Positions 1 to 12,460 of a stretch of 64,000 nt of DNA are shown here, piece after piece. Position 1 is the stretch's first letter. Each line of letters opens with the position of its first letter. Below the pieces are notes generated by a model. It worked only from the letters and a program-made list of their open reading frames with translations, had not been told where the DNA came from and made no database searches. Position numbers and translations under genes: made by a program. Source of the DNA: Vitrella brassicaformis CCMP3155 (taxonomy: Eukaryota > Protista > Chromerida); NCBI GenBank assembly GCA_001179505.1, contig CDMY01001052.1, positions 124,001 through 188,000 on the forward strand, read 5' to 3'.

Positions 1-91
1 GTGTGTCTTTCGCAGGGACGAGGCGGCACACCCCTCCCTCGCACACGACGCCTGAACACACACACGACACGACACGACACAGCATCTTTAC

Positions 92-2063
92 CCAGAGCAG
101 TGATGTCGTGCGGACCTGGTGGCATGCCCGAGTCAGTGTCTTGCTGCTGCTGTGCGGGCCGCGGAGGGGCCACAGCCGGATGGATAGCGCTGCTGACGCG
201 CTTGGCGGCGATAAGCTTGGTGGGGGGGTTTAGGAGAGGAGGCGCCTCCTTTTGTTCTTCGTCCTCTTCCTCTTGTTCGTCCTCTTCCAGAAGGTGGGGT
301 CCGGTTTCTTCCTCTGAGTCACCCTCAAAGGACTCGCTGTCGCTCGGCTCGCTGGCAGTCGTCTCAGCCTCGCTCTCAGCCTCGCTCTCGCTCTCACTCT
401 CGATTTCGGATTCCTCTTCTGCACGGAGGGCCATTGCCGCCCCTGCCGACGTCGGCGGCCACTGGAATCGGTGGCGGAGGGCCCTCTTTGTGCTGCATGT
501 GTGCGACCAGATGCCTTCCGTGCTGTGTCTTGTTTAGCTCGTGCAGGCGTCTTGTGGCCTCGTGCAGCATCCTCTCGCTGCGTTCGCGGATCTCTCGGCT
601 CTTCCCTGAGCGAGCGACCGACGAACAAAGACCACAGGGAAGAAAGGATGGATGGATGGATGGATGGATGGCAGATAGACAGACAGACACACAGACAGAC
701 AGACAGAGAGACAGACAGGCATCTCTCTCTCTCTCTCTGTGTGTCTCTCTCTGTGTGTCTCTCTCTGCCCGCTTGCTTACTGTCTACTTCTTGCAGGTGT
801 CTGAGGTTGCTCTGCGCGTGTTCGACCTGCCTGACGGCGTGCAGCCGCTGCAGCTGGGTCCTATTGAGGATATGCTTCAGCTCATCCGGGAGCGGGGGCA
901 GCGTCTCGACAGAGGGACACTCGTGCGTCGTGGTCGCCGGCTCCAGCAGCCTTATCTTCACATGCCTGTGCCTGACAGGCGCCTGTGTGTGGGGGGGTAG
1001 CGGCATCGTGGTGGTCGTTGGTGGCTTTGGTCCGAGCCCGAAGTGGTGGCCGGAGGGGAAGGGGTCTGGCGGGACTGTGTGGTGTTCCGTGAAGGGGCAC
1101 GGCTTCTTGCCCATGTTGGCCGGGAGGATAAACTGGTCGCACCTGAACCCCTGCCAGCCGGGGCGGCACCTACAGCCACCGGTGTCCTGCAGAGACAGAG
1201 GGAACGAACGGAACACTCATTTGTTGGCCGATGGGATCGTGGTGTGTGCCTGTCACTCACACACCGGGTCGCACCCGTAGTCCGTGCAGCCATCTGAGCA
1301 CTCGACACAGACGCCGAGAGTCTCGCGGAGGTTGCCGTGGGTCCCCGGTGGGCAGCAGTAATGGCCGTAGAATGGGGGGTCAGTGCCGCCTGCATATTGA
1401 TCATCAACACCACAGACGCACCACAACCATATGCACATCTCTCCCTCCCCCCAAGCCGACCGTCCAGGACTCACATTCATCGCAGTATCGCAGCTTCCCG
1501 CGGGTGTCCTTGAGATGCTCCAGCCCCGCCACGCCAGCAATATCGATGACCTCCATGGTCTCAACACACGTCTTGCACCGCGGCGCCTGACAAAACTCAG
1601 GCACCCCAACACCTCCACCCTCACCCTCCAGCAGTCGACGATGCTCGCCTCCACTGGCGAATCTCAGCAGAGCCTCGAGACTGCGCTCCCCCATCTCCCG
1701 CCCCACCACTGGCAGGCTGACAGCCAGTCGGTCTTCCCCCGAGACACCCTCAAAGCCGCCCGAAGAGTCATCCTCCTCGTACTTTGCCACCGGCTGCGCG
1801 ATGACATACTCAGTGCCATTGCGCCGGTCATCAGAAGCAGCGATGAACGCTGCAGGGGGGAGGGGGCTGGGCAGCGAGGCTGACGGAGAGGGAGGGGGGA
1901 CGGGCGCCTGGTGGATGCGCCTGCGCCGTTGATGAAGTTGATGGTGCTTGTGGGCTCGGCTGACATTGAAGCGCGCCCCATGGGCGCCGTCATGTAGTAG
2001 CGTCGATACAAGACACAGGGCGGCCACCAAGAGAAAGCCGGAAGGATGAATGGAAATCACCAT
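92..2063 (-). CDS. Secreted Cys-rich / EGF-like protein with acidic C-terminal region (multi-exon; 3' end runs off the window start)
   Basis: Signal peptide MVISIHPSGFLLVAALCLVSTLLHDGAHG (ATG 2063). Cys-rich exons: FCQAPRCKTC..YCDECESW; HYCCPPG..CVECSDGCTDYGCDPVC; EGF-like GCRCRPGWQGFRCD. Then a coiled segment and an E/S-rich exon (EEESEIESESESEAE). A GT donor near 91 shows the gene continues past position 1. Confidence 0.65.
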
Positions 2064-2349
2064 GCTAGCTGAGGAATCGACGAACAGGAGACGGCGGTTG
2101 AGACAGGCCAGGAAGGAATGACCAATCGGCAATTGGGATGATCTCGGATCCGGAGCAGTCGCCCAGGCTACTGCGAAGAATCACCTTGGCTTTGCGGTGT
2201 CAGTCGCTGGCCGGATGGGCCGGGCCCGAATGGGATGTTGACATTGCAAACGTAATAATTGGCCGCTTCTTGACCCAGGGGCCCCTCACGCACCTCCACA
2301 GCCTCCGAGTCAGCCCAGGGTTAGCACTGGGTTGTTTGACTTCTTCCTT

Positions 2350-2391
2350 CAGGGTTTCAAACCCTGTTCTCGCGTGGGGTTTCAAACCCTG
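2350..2391. repeat. Tandem pair of palindromes: CAGGGTTTCAAACCCTG (2350-2366) and GGGTTTCAAACCCTG (2377-2391)
   Basis: Exact 15-bp direct repeat with a 25-bp period; each copy is self-complementary around a central C. Confidence 0.9.
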
Positions 2392-2737
2392 GAAGAGAAG
2401 TTCAGTTCCCACGCTCCCCTCTCTTCCGCATCATATCGCATTAGCCGTGCGGGTGTGAGCGTGGGACGTCTGCCACCTACCGCCTCAATAGCCCTTGATA
2501 CAGGGGCCTCTCCCCGATACCAGCATCCATCGTTGTCGACTACTTCGGTCCAGTCAGGGGCGGGCCTCACGTCTATTTCCTCCCCCGCATCGCATCGCAT
2601 CGCACATCGCAGGTACACAGAAGCGAGATGAGGCGAAAGACGAGAAGAAATCAGCTGGTGTGCATGGTGACATCGCTGCCTGTGTTGTGTGTGCAGCCAG
2701 ATCTATCGCACTGCATCCCTTCCCAAAACCCCACACG

Positions 2738-3334
2738 ATGTCCTTCTCCACGCACATCGCCATGATCGTGATCCTCGGCTGCATCGCTGCCGCCTCAGCC
2801 TACCCGAGGATGGCCGGCTCCTGCGTGGCGCCAAATAGCGGTCCCGTGCACCGCGCCGTGCCGACGGATCTCCCACAGGCGTTCACCATTGACATTACGC
2901 CAACCATCGGCCGTGATGGCTTCGAGATCAATGTCAGCGGAGAGCCGTACAAGGTGCGCGCAGCTGGGGGGAGGGAGGGAGGGAGGGGGGGAGCACTCAT
3001 ATGGTCCGTCTGATGCCTGCCTGCTTTGCTCTGCGTTGTTTGGCGACAGGGGGTGATGATGGTGAGCGAGGCTGGCGAGTTCTTCATCACAGAGGAGGCA
3101 TATTCCCAGCTGCAGTATATCAGCTGCCCCGCCGGGGAGGACGACTCGGTCCCCGCGCCGTCCGGCGAGGCCACCTCCGCCGTGTCGCACAACAGCGCCG
3201 AGGAGAAGACCAGCACCTCTGTGTTGCTGGACACCACGGGGGTGGAGGCAGGGACGTCATTCAACGTGACCATCACACTGCTGACAGCGAAAGACGGAGA
3301 GTGGTACCAGGTCAAGGAGACCATCACGGCATGA
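2738..3334 (+). CDS. Small secreted Reeler-domain protein (2 exons, intron 2954-3049)
   Basis: Signal peptide MSFSTHIAMIVILGCIAAASA, then YPRMAGSC..PVH..EINVSGEPYK|GVMMVSEAGEF..ISC..SAVSHNSAEEKTS..VTITLL..GEWYQV, which follows the Reeler pattern (YP-x-GA-C, FKGF, C, A-x-TH..K). Clean GT..AG intron keeps the frame. Confidence 0.7.
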
Positions 3335-4255
3335 GACGACTGCAGGCAGACAGGCAGCCAGCCTGCTTCAGGCAGTCCGCCACAGGCAGCACGGGCGGCT
3401 GCTCGGTGTACTTGGTCTACTTCATCTCATCTATCTGTGTGTCGCCCATCACGTGTGCATGATATATATGTGTGTGTGTGTGGTGTACAGTCAGCGAGTG
3501 GGTCGGTGTGCTTGGGTGGGGTGTGCACGTGGTGCGTGTTGGTGTGGATCGTTGAGGAATCGTTTATCAAAGCGTCAAAGCGTTCATTCATCTGTCGTCC
3601 AGCTTTCTGGACGCTGTTTTGAAATTTGGGCGTGGCGTGAGAGAGGCGAGTCGCGAGGCACATGCGATGCATCCGTGTCGGTGATCTACAGGGATACACA
3701 TCACATGCACACACACGCATCTAAGAGACAGACGATGGGGACTTTTTCATTTGGGAGATGTGGGTGCCTGCCTTGTCGTGTCGTCTCTCTCTCTCTCTCT
3801 CTCTCTCTCCCGGACGGCACGGCACGCGGCGGCACCTCTGTCGACCGACAGACGGCCATCTTGATCTGTCTGTCCATGGCTGATACCTGCCTGTATGCCT
3901 CGCGGTGAATGAACCTCTATGTGGCGTGAGCATGAGGACACTTTATATGTGCAGGTGGTTTGGGTGGGGCGGGCCAGCATGGCATGCGGTTTCCTTTTCT
4001 GTTCTTCGGAGGGGTTTTCTTTTATCAAGCTTCGCTGCGTGCGTTTGCTGGCCGCGGCACCGCACCCATGTGTGTGCGTGTGCGCGTGTGTGTGTGTGTG
4101 GGGGGGAGGGGAACTGACAGACGGAGAGTGAGAAGTGTCAGGTTAACCACTTCACGTCACGTGAGAGAGAGCTCACGGCGACACACGACATCCAAACCAT
4201 AGTACAAATGTCCGTAGAGAATAATAACTGTCTCATCGAGGACAATGCACTCATG

Positions 4256-6889
4256 TCATTCGTCAGAAGCAGCAGCAGCAGCCGCCTTCTTTTTCTTCTT
4301 CTTCTTGGGCTTCTCTGAGACAGACAGATGGGATGGATGGATGGACGGCAAATAAATGCACACAGGACAGGCAGCCTCTGCTCAGAACAGAATGGGAGGA
4401 ACTGGCTCAGCTTGGCTCAGCTCAGCTCACCTTGAGGCTCTTCCTCGGCAGCGGCAGCAGCCATGTCCACATCAGCCTCTGCACACAAACATACACACAC
4501 ACACCACACAGGCAGACATTCACACGCAGGCCCATGGATGTCACCCATGTAATCCCACCAGCAGCAGCAGCAGCCGCGGCCTCCTCCTTCTCCCCCTCTC
4601 TCTGTCGCTTCTTCTTCTGCTTCTTCTTGGTGCCCTCGTCACTGCGCACACCCACCAGCCAGCCCATCACACCACATGAGTGCATCCATCCCATATATCA
4701 GCACTTCTGTGTGTGTGTGTGTGTGTGTGTGTCTATGAAGGGTTGGTGTGTACGCAGCGACAGGTGCCTCAGGTGCCTCCTCTTCCTGGTCCATCGGGAC
4801 CGCCTCCTCCTCCTCTGCGGCCTTTTTCTTTGTCTTTTTCTTTTTCTTCTTCTTGCCCTCGGCCTCTGCCGCACGGGCAAGCTCCTCTGAATGCTACACA
4901 AGACACACACACGCACACACACAGAGAGAGAGAGAGAGACAGTGTGGGAGGCGGTGAGGGAGGGAGGGATTGGGGGTTATTGCACACATACTTCTGTGAG
5001 CGCCTCCTTCATGGCTTGTATGTTCTTCTTGGTTTGTATGTTTCTGTCGCTGAGGTACGTCAGCCGCTCCTCAACCTGCTCCCGCATCTTGTTACCAAAC
5101 ACACTCGACGACTGACATACACACACACACACACACCACACTCCGTCTGGCTGTCTGTCTGTCTGTCTGTCATGATGATGATGATGTGTGTGCAGTAAGT
5201 CTGACCACTTCGCCGAAATTGTCGATGCGCGCGGCGAGAGAGCACTTGTTGGCCAGATAACGGGAGATTCGGCCTGAGAGACAAACAAATGGGCAGCATG
5301 ACATGACTGATGGACGCCTGTGCTTGGTGTGGTGTGTGGTGTGCATCCCTGCAAGCCGAGCGCACCTTTGTTCTTCTGTGCGGCCCTTCCGATGAAGGTC
5401 GACTGGAAGAGCAGCCCGTACTTGGGCGTGTTGCCTCGGGTCTTCAGAGCCCTGATGCCACACACACACACACACGCACACAACTGAATAAGGACGTGTT
5501 GCCTTGCGTGTGTTGTGTATGTTGTGTGTGTGTGTTGATGTATGTCGCGGACAGACCTGAAGAGTGCCTTCTCTGCCCCCAGAATCTGGACAGTCGAGGC
5601 CGGATACTTAGCCAGGTTGACCAGGCTGCCAGCATGGGAAATCAGACGGGCAGCCACCTGCACACCCACACCCACATCCACACCCACACACACATCCACA
5701 CACGAACCCGAGCTAAACACATGGACAGCTGGCTGAGCCAGCCATGCCGTGCCCTCTCTAGCGGTGCGTGGCTAGGTCTTCACACAGGCTAGTCACGAGC
5801 TGCTGGCTCAGGTGGTCGGTGTGTGCCGGGGATAGATTGAAGCCACCAAGGTGTGTGCAGACAGTGAGTGCAGTGGTGGTCACATTGCAAACCGGCAGCC
5901 CAGCCCCATTGTGTGTCCCCCCCTCCCCCCCTTCTCTCACCGTGTCGCCGATGAGGCTTCTCAGGTTCGGCGCCACCACCTCCAGCTTGCTGGCGAGGTA
6001 ATCTGACGACACCAATGACATACAAATGCGTGAGTGTCGTGATGTCTGTCTGTCTGTATGTCTGTCTGTCTGTCTGTCTGTGTGAGTGTGTCCGTCGCTC
6101 ACCGACGAGTGTCTTCCTCTGGTGTGCCAGCTTGATGACCTGGTCACAAAACTTGAGGATGTTCTCCTGTCACACACACACACACACACACACGTGGCCG
6201 CGGTCTCTGTACGGAGCTCTTCTCTCCCTAAGTCCCATCCGACGTGTACCATGTCGACTTGTGTGATCTCCTGCCCCATGGAAATCTTGGCCGCCGACAG
6301 GATCTCGTTGGCCATGTCCTCGTCGCCGTTCAACACCGCCGTCAGTTGCTGCACACACACACACGCACACACACACACACACACACACGCACAGAGAGAG
6401 AGAGAGAGGGGGGGGGGAAGGTGTAGAGTGCATCTCTTGGTGTGTCACGACATGTGTGTGTGTGTGACATGAATTCATGTCTATGTCTGTCTGTCAATCT
6501 ATCAGGGCGGGCTCAGAGCTGAACCGAATCAGCAGCGCTCGACTGATCACACGACACGAGCCGACTACGGGGGAGCAGCCAGCCCGGCCGTCAGAATTAC
6601 CTTCTTGGCTCAGTTTCTCGTCACAGCCACACTCACATGCCAGACCCCTCCCATCCCTCCCTCTCCACCTCCCTGGCTGTCCCCCACCGAAGCCGAGCCA
6701 TTCGCTCACCTCGACGCAGTCATCCCGCTCGATGAAGGTCTCCTTGACCTGGATCACCTTGGCCACCTCGGCGAACTTGATGTTGTCTGTCACAATCTTG
6801 GCCAGCTCTGAATGAACCAACCAACCACACACGCACACACGAGACAGAGAGACAGAGAGTCTCTCTCTCTCTCTGTCTCTCTCTCTCTC

Positions 6890-6920
<31 letters not shown>

Positions 6921-7777
6921 ACCAGGGAAGTGCCAGGAGTACCACTCCCTAACGCGCATGGCGAACAGGTTGACATTCTTGTCGAGGTTGTCGATGAGTG
7001 CGATGCTCTGGATGATGGGCTTGTCCTGTCGGTTAGGGTCGAACTGGAGCTTGCTCCGGCTGTAGCTGTGACCTGCACCCACACACACACACCAGAATCA
7101 CACAGGATGGATGGATGGACGGATGGATGGCGTGTGTTGTGTGAGTGGCTGTGTGTGTGTGTCTGGATCTCTCACCCAGCCCGACACGCGCCCGCTCGAG
7201 ATCGATCTCTTGCAGGCCCTTCGTCAGACTGATCGAAGAAACACACGAGCCCACCGGCAGGATGTCAGCAGATAGGCATTCATTCAGACCTTACTGTGTC
7301 CAGTGCAGCCGCGTCGCCCTCGCCAGCTCAGCGACGTTCTTGTCCATCGTGGCGGGGAAGCCAGCATCGCCCAGCGCCTTACCCAGATTTGGCTCTGTCA
7401 TCCACACACAACACACACACACACACAACACTCACACCACATGACATCGTGCCAACTGCGGACGGATGGCTTGCCCACCTACCACACACGCCAAGGGCGA
7501 ATTTGCCCTTCTTCTTGGCAAGCGGCGGCAGGTTTGCCTCGAGGAAGGTCTTGAGGGTGTCGGTGACCTCCCCCGCAGCGATGGCATTCATGTTGTCGAG
7601 CGCCTCCTCTGCGTGTCTGAAGGCGTGGAAGGCCTTGAGCTTGACGGCCTGGCTGTAGCTTGGCAGCTCGCGGAGGGCGGCCTGCACCTCGGGCGACGAC
7701 TGGCCGACCTGCTCCCACTCCTTGACGTGCAGGAGGGCGTAGCCTGCCGCCGACTCGAACAGCAGATACAGCTCCAT
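4256..7777 (-). CDS. NOP56: Nucleolar protein 56, box C/D snoRNP core protein (multi-exon)
   Basis: [16 protein letters not shown]; [49 protein letters not shown]; [24 protein letters not shown]; [23 protein letters not shown]; [19 protein letters not shown]; K/E-rich tail ending [18 protein letters not shown] (TGA 4256-4258). Confidence 0.95.
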
Positions 7778-7951
7778 GGGGTATGATGATTCTGGCGACC
7801 AAAGATGACAGATCTAGCCTAGCTGAGGCAGCGGCATCCACTCAGCTGTGTGCCTCGTAGCTCAGGCATCGAAGCGTGAAACCGCTGCTGCTCTAACTCG
7901 CCAGCGAGAGGGGAGGGAGACACCCGGACCCTCAGGTTTGATACATCGGTC
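7778..7951. promoter_or_regulatory. Putative bidirectional promoter, NOP56 / NCS2 permease (174 bp between ATGs)
   Basis: Divergent ATGs at 7777 (-) and 7952 (+); promoter function is inferred from position only. Confidence 0.55.
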
Positions 7952-10900
7952 ATGGGTGCGTTCTGGCAGACGTGTGGGTGCGGTAAGAAGGCCCCTGCAG
8001 CTGCAGCGGACGGGAACCTGGACAAGCAGAAGTCGAAGCTGCGGACGTTCATCGGGCCTGATGAGCCAATCGGATGGCACCTCGCTGCCTTCTACGGTGA
8101 GGCAGGGCAGGCCCCGCTTTGCAACACGACAGACAGCAGCTCGTATCGTATGCAGTCTGAGATCTGATCTGATTGCCTGTCTGATCTGTCTGATCTGTCT
8201 GATCTGTCTGGCCTTCTTGCCTGCAGGTGTGCAGCATGTGCTGGCGATGTTTGGAGGACTCATCACGCCCGCAACCCTCATTGCTCTCAACACAGGGTGA
8301 GCTGAGCTGGAGGGACGAGATTCGCTTCCATAAGTGGGAGAGAGATCTCATCTGGTCTGGCGTGTTTGTTGTGTTGTGTTGATTCGTCTCATCTTCTCTC
8401 TGCGTGCCTTGTCTTGTCTTCTCTTGTGTGTCTGTGTGCTTCCCTCGCTCGTTGTGTGTTGCCCTCCTCAATTAATTGTGCCATCAGCAATGCGGGGGAG
8501 ATCCCCTACCTGATCTCCATGGCCCTCCTGACGTCGGGCTTCTCTACCATATGGCAGGTGGCACAGCTCAAGACCAAACCTTTGCCGGGCTTCCCCCTGG
8601 TCGGTGGGTTGGCGGGCTGGCACACACAATCCCACTCACCCACACACACACGCACAGAGAGAGTCCGTTTTTGTGGCTTGCTGCACAGCACGAGATATGT
8701 GTGTGTGTGTGTGTGTGAATGGATCGATCGCATCGTCAGGGCATTTGTGTCGGCACGGGGATGCTGTCTGTGATGGGGTCGAGCTTCACATGGGTGACCC
8801 TCAGTGGGGCCGTCGACACGGCGCTACCGCCGGAGAAGAGGCTCGCCGCCATTATGTGCGCAAGTCTGGTGTGCTGGTTCCCGGAAGCCATCATCGCCTT
8901 TTGCCCTGAAAAGGCGCGCAAGATCTTTCCACCTATTGTGACGGTGAGAGTGACAAAGGGAGAGGGGGAGGGAGGGAGGTGCTCCGGTGCTCTCTGAAGG
9001 CCATGCATGCATCTCTCTCTCGGTGTGTGTGTGTGTGTGTGTGCAGGGGAGTGTTGTGTTCATGATAGGGCTGGGCTTGCTCAACGTGGGCATCAACTAC
9101 TGGTGACCAACAGCACCACACACCGGGCCGCGGAGAAGAACCGATCGCCTCTCGCCTGTCTCCCTGCCTGCCTGCCTGCCTGCCTGTGTGTGTGTGTGAG
9201 TCAGGGCGGGCAATGTTGGCCCGTTTGATGCCTACGGCACACCTCAGTCCTGGGGGCTGGGCCTCTTCACCTTCTCCCTGGTTCTCGCGTGCTACAGTAA
9301 GCCAAGCACACAAACAAGACAGACAACCACACCAACCACACCAACCAAAAGAGCCTCTGTGTCTCTGTCAGTTCTCGGCCAGCGTCCCGGCCTGGGGCTG
9401 CTCAAGACGGGCTCGATTACCTTTGGTCTGGTCGGGGGATACATCTTCGCCACTTTCTTCGGCAGCAAAACATGCAGTGCCAGCCCCACTTGGGGCTGCA
9501 CCGGCTACCTCGACCTCAACCCATACACCAACGGCATCGCTGAAGCACAAGTCTTCACTTGTAGGTGTGCGCGTGNNNNNNNNNNNNNNNNNNNNNNNNN
9601 NNNNNNNNNNNNNNNNNNNNNNNNNNNNNNNNNNNNNNNNNNNNNNNNNNNNNNNNNNNNNNNNNNNNNNNNNNNNNNNNNNNNNNNNNNNNNNNNNNNN
9701 NNNNNNNNNNNNNNNNNNNNNNNNNNNNNNNNNNNNNNNNNNNNNNNNNNNNNNNNNNNNNNNNNNNNNNNNNNNNNNNNNNNNNNNNNNNNNNNNNNNN
9801 NNNNNNNNNNNNNNNNNNNNNNNNNNNNNNNNNNNNNNNNNNNNNNNNNNNNNNNNNNNNNNNNNNNNNNNNNNNGGGGGGGGGGGGATACAAACAAACC
9901 TGCGCCCATCGACCCACCCATTATCACGGGAGGGACCATCTGTGTGTGTGTGTTCTCACTCAGATCCGATTCCCTTCAAGTATGGCTGGGCGTGGGACTG
10001 GGGCCTCTTCCTGCCCTTCCTGGTGGCGTATGTGGTGTCGGCCGTCGAGTCCATCGGCGACATCTCTGCCACGTCAAAGTACAGCAGGCTGCCCACGGCC
10101 GGGCCCGAGTTCAACCGACGCGTGCAGGGGGGTCTGCTCAGCGACGGGCTGGCCTCGATGTTTGCCAGCATCTTCACAGCTTTCCCTAACACGACATTCT
10201 CACAGGTACAGTACGTGTGTGTGTGTGTGTGTCTTGTCTTGGTGTCAGTCACTGCAGGCCTGTCATTCATTGAGTGTGTGTTGTGTGAGGTGATGGCGGG
10301 CAGAACAACGGCGTCATTGCCATGACGGGAGTCGCCTCGAGGAGGGCAGGGTGAGACAGACAGACAGACACACGCCTCCTTTACTCTCTCTGTCTGTCTG
10401 TGTGTGTGCCCCTGTCTCTCTTGTCTGTCTGTCCTCAGGTATGCCTGTGGTGTCATTCTGATGTTCCTCGGCCTGTTTGGGAATTTCTCCAAAGCGGTCG
10501 CACTGATGCCCTGGCCAGTACTGGGTGCTGCTGTAACGGTCTGCTTCGGCCTTGTCATGAACGCCGGTACGGTATGCCTCGCACGACACACACGTCGGCA
10601 GGCAGGCAGGCCAAGGGTGGGTGGATCGGCTGGCTGTTGTGACTCGTTTCGTTCATATGGTAAACAGGTTTGGCGATAGTGTCGAAAGGGGGATTCACGC
10701 CCCGTAAGATGATGACTCTGGCGTGCTGCGTGGGCATATCTGCCGGCATCAAATTCGCACACTCCAGCCACCCCAACTCGCGGGTCAGACACACACACAC
10801 ACACACACACAACACGCACACACACGGACACACACGGACAGACACGGACAGACAGATCTCATGGTTGTTGTGGTTGGTTTGTGTGTGTAGGCGGCATGGA

Positions 10901-11479
10901 ACTGCCCCGGGGCGGACACTGGAGACTATGACATGACAGCCATCAGCGGGCTTGACATCGCCGTCAGATACAGGCGCTTCAAAGATGCAGACGGTAGGCA
11001 GCCCAAACCCACCACGCCAGAATCACATTGCACCGGTCCGTCCTTCACATCTATCGTGCGTGTGCAGGCGAGCCCGTGTGTGTCGAGCGCGAGCTGTCGA
11101 GCTTGGCTTTGACCTTCTGGCGCGCGGCCTACCTGCTCATCTCCAACGAGCTGTGCCTGACGCTCATCATCGCGGCGACGCTCAACGTGATCCTGCCCAA
11201 AAGCGATGAGGACTACGAGAACGACAGGCTGATGGAGGAAGACGACAACGCCTCGGTCCGTAGTCGGCTCCCCATCAGCCATCCATCCATCCAGCCATCC
11301 ATGTGTGTGGTGTGATGTGGTGTGTGTGTCAGGAGAGTGAGGTGAGCAGCCACGAGGCGACGCCCGCCAAGTTGGCGAACCTGAAGGGGAGTGAGAGCGA
11401 GATGACGGAGGCGCCTCTGAAGGCCACACCGCCGGGACACACACCACCCGACTCGGAACACACGGCGGTGCAGGTGTGA
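7952..11479 (+). CDS. Nucleobase:cation symporter-2 (NCS2/NAT) xanthine/uric-acid permease (multi-exon; spans an assembly gap)
   Basis: QHVLAMFGGLITP; GTGMLSVMGSSFTW; VVSAVESIGDISAT; VQGGLLSDGLAS; spliced NAT signature TTFSQ|NNGVIAMTGVASRRAG; GAAVTVCFGLVMNAG; about 14 hydrophobic segments; stop TGA 11477-11479. Confidence 0.92.
9576..9875. other. Assembly gap (300 N) inside the NCS2 gene, followed by a poly-G tract
   Basis: Run of N; G-run at 9876-9887. Confidence 0.99.
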
Positions 11480-12460
11480 TTATTGAGAAGGTGTTGTGCT
11501 GTGTTGTGTCGTGTCGCGTCGTGTTGTGTTGGTGGCGATGGATGGATGGATGTCTTGTCTTCTGCTGCGCTGCACGGGCGTGTATCTTTTTATGCACGCT
11601 TTGCTTGTTTTATGCAGCATAGACATCACTCACCCCACATGGACGAGTGTCCCGAGGGGTGATATAAGTGAATTGCCTGCCTGCCTGCCTGCCTGTCCGT
11701 GGTGTGGTCTCTCTCGTCGGTTCTAGCTAGCTATGTGTCTGTCTGTCTGTTGTCTTTATCTATCCCCCAAGCTATCATCTGCCGAGAGGTTTTCAGGCAG
11801 GTCCTTCCTAGGTGGCTGGCTGGGCTGATCGGCCTCCTTTTTGCAGGCCGGTCACGTAAGTCACGCTCACGATTGCCCTCCCCCTCCCTCTCTCCCTGTC
11901 GATGGACGGACAGACGGACGGACGGACGGACGGATGAATCTGCTACTGTTGAAGGATGCGTGGCGCGTGAAGGGTGCTCTCGTTGTTTGAGAGAGACACT
12001 CACGCGAGCCGTGTGTGTGTGTATGTATGTGTGTGTGTGTGCTTATGGTGGTCTGTGGATGCAGCACGGATACATCACGCCTGTGGCCTCAGGTGCTGTC
12101 CCGTGGTCTGACGGCACATGACGGCCCAGTCAGTATGACGTTGGCTGGGACAGGTGACGTGGCTTTGTGCCGTGTGCTGGCGGGGTATGTGGTCAATGCA
12201 TGAGGCCTTTTTGCCTCAACGTGCTTGCAGTGTGCAGTTGGTGTGGAGTGAGTGGGGCTGTCACAGCGTACGTGGGCTGCATGTCAGACACAAACATCCA
12301 GTGAGTGATGAGTCGGTTTTCTCAGTAATGGCAACAGGGTCGAATTCATGTCCTCCTGGAGCGAGTGCCTCATTCAAAGCCTCTCATGGCGATCCATCCA
12401 GGCTTCGCATAGCTCGCCATTCGCGAAATCGATTTCGAACCAAACGATTTGATTTGACGG

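Noticed and set aside
4256-7777. Intronic box C/D snoRNAs in NOP56 (a common host gene)
   Set aside because: I found no RTGATGA..CTGA pair with a terminal stem on the sense strand of the short, microsatellite-filled introns.
9576-9875. 300-N blocks (also 42616-42915) as biological repeats
   Set aside because: Identical-length scaffold gaps next to poly-G/C tracts are a sequencing artefact; true length and content are unknown.
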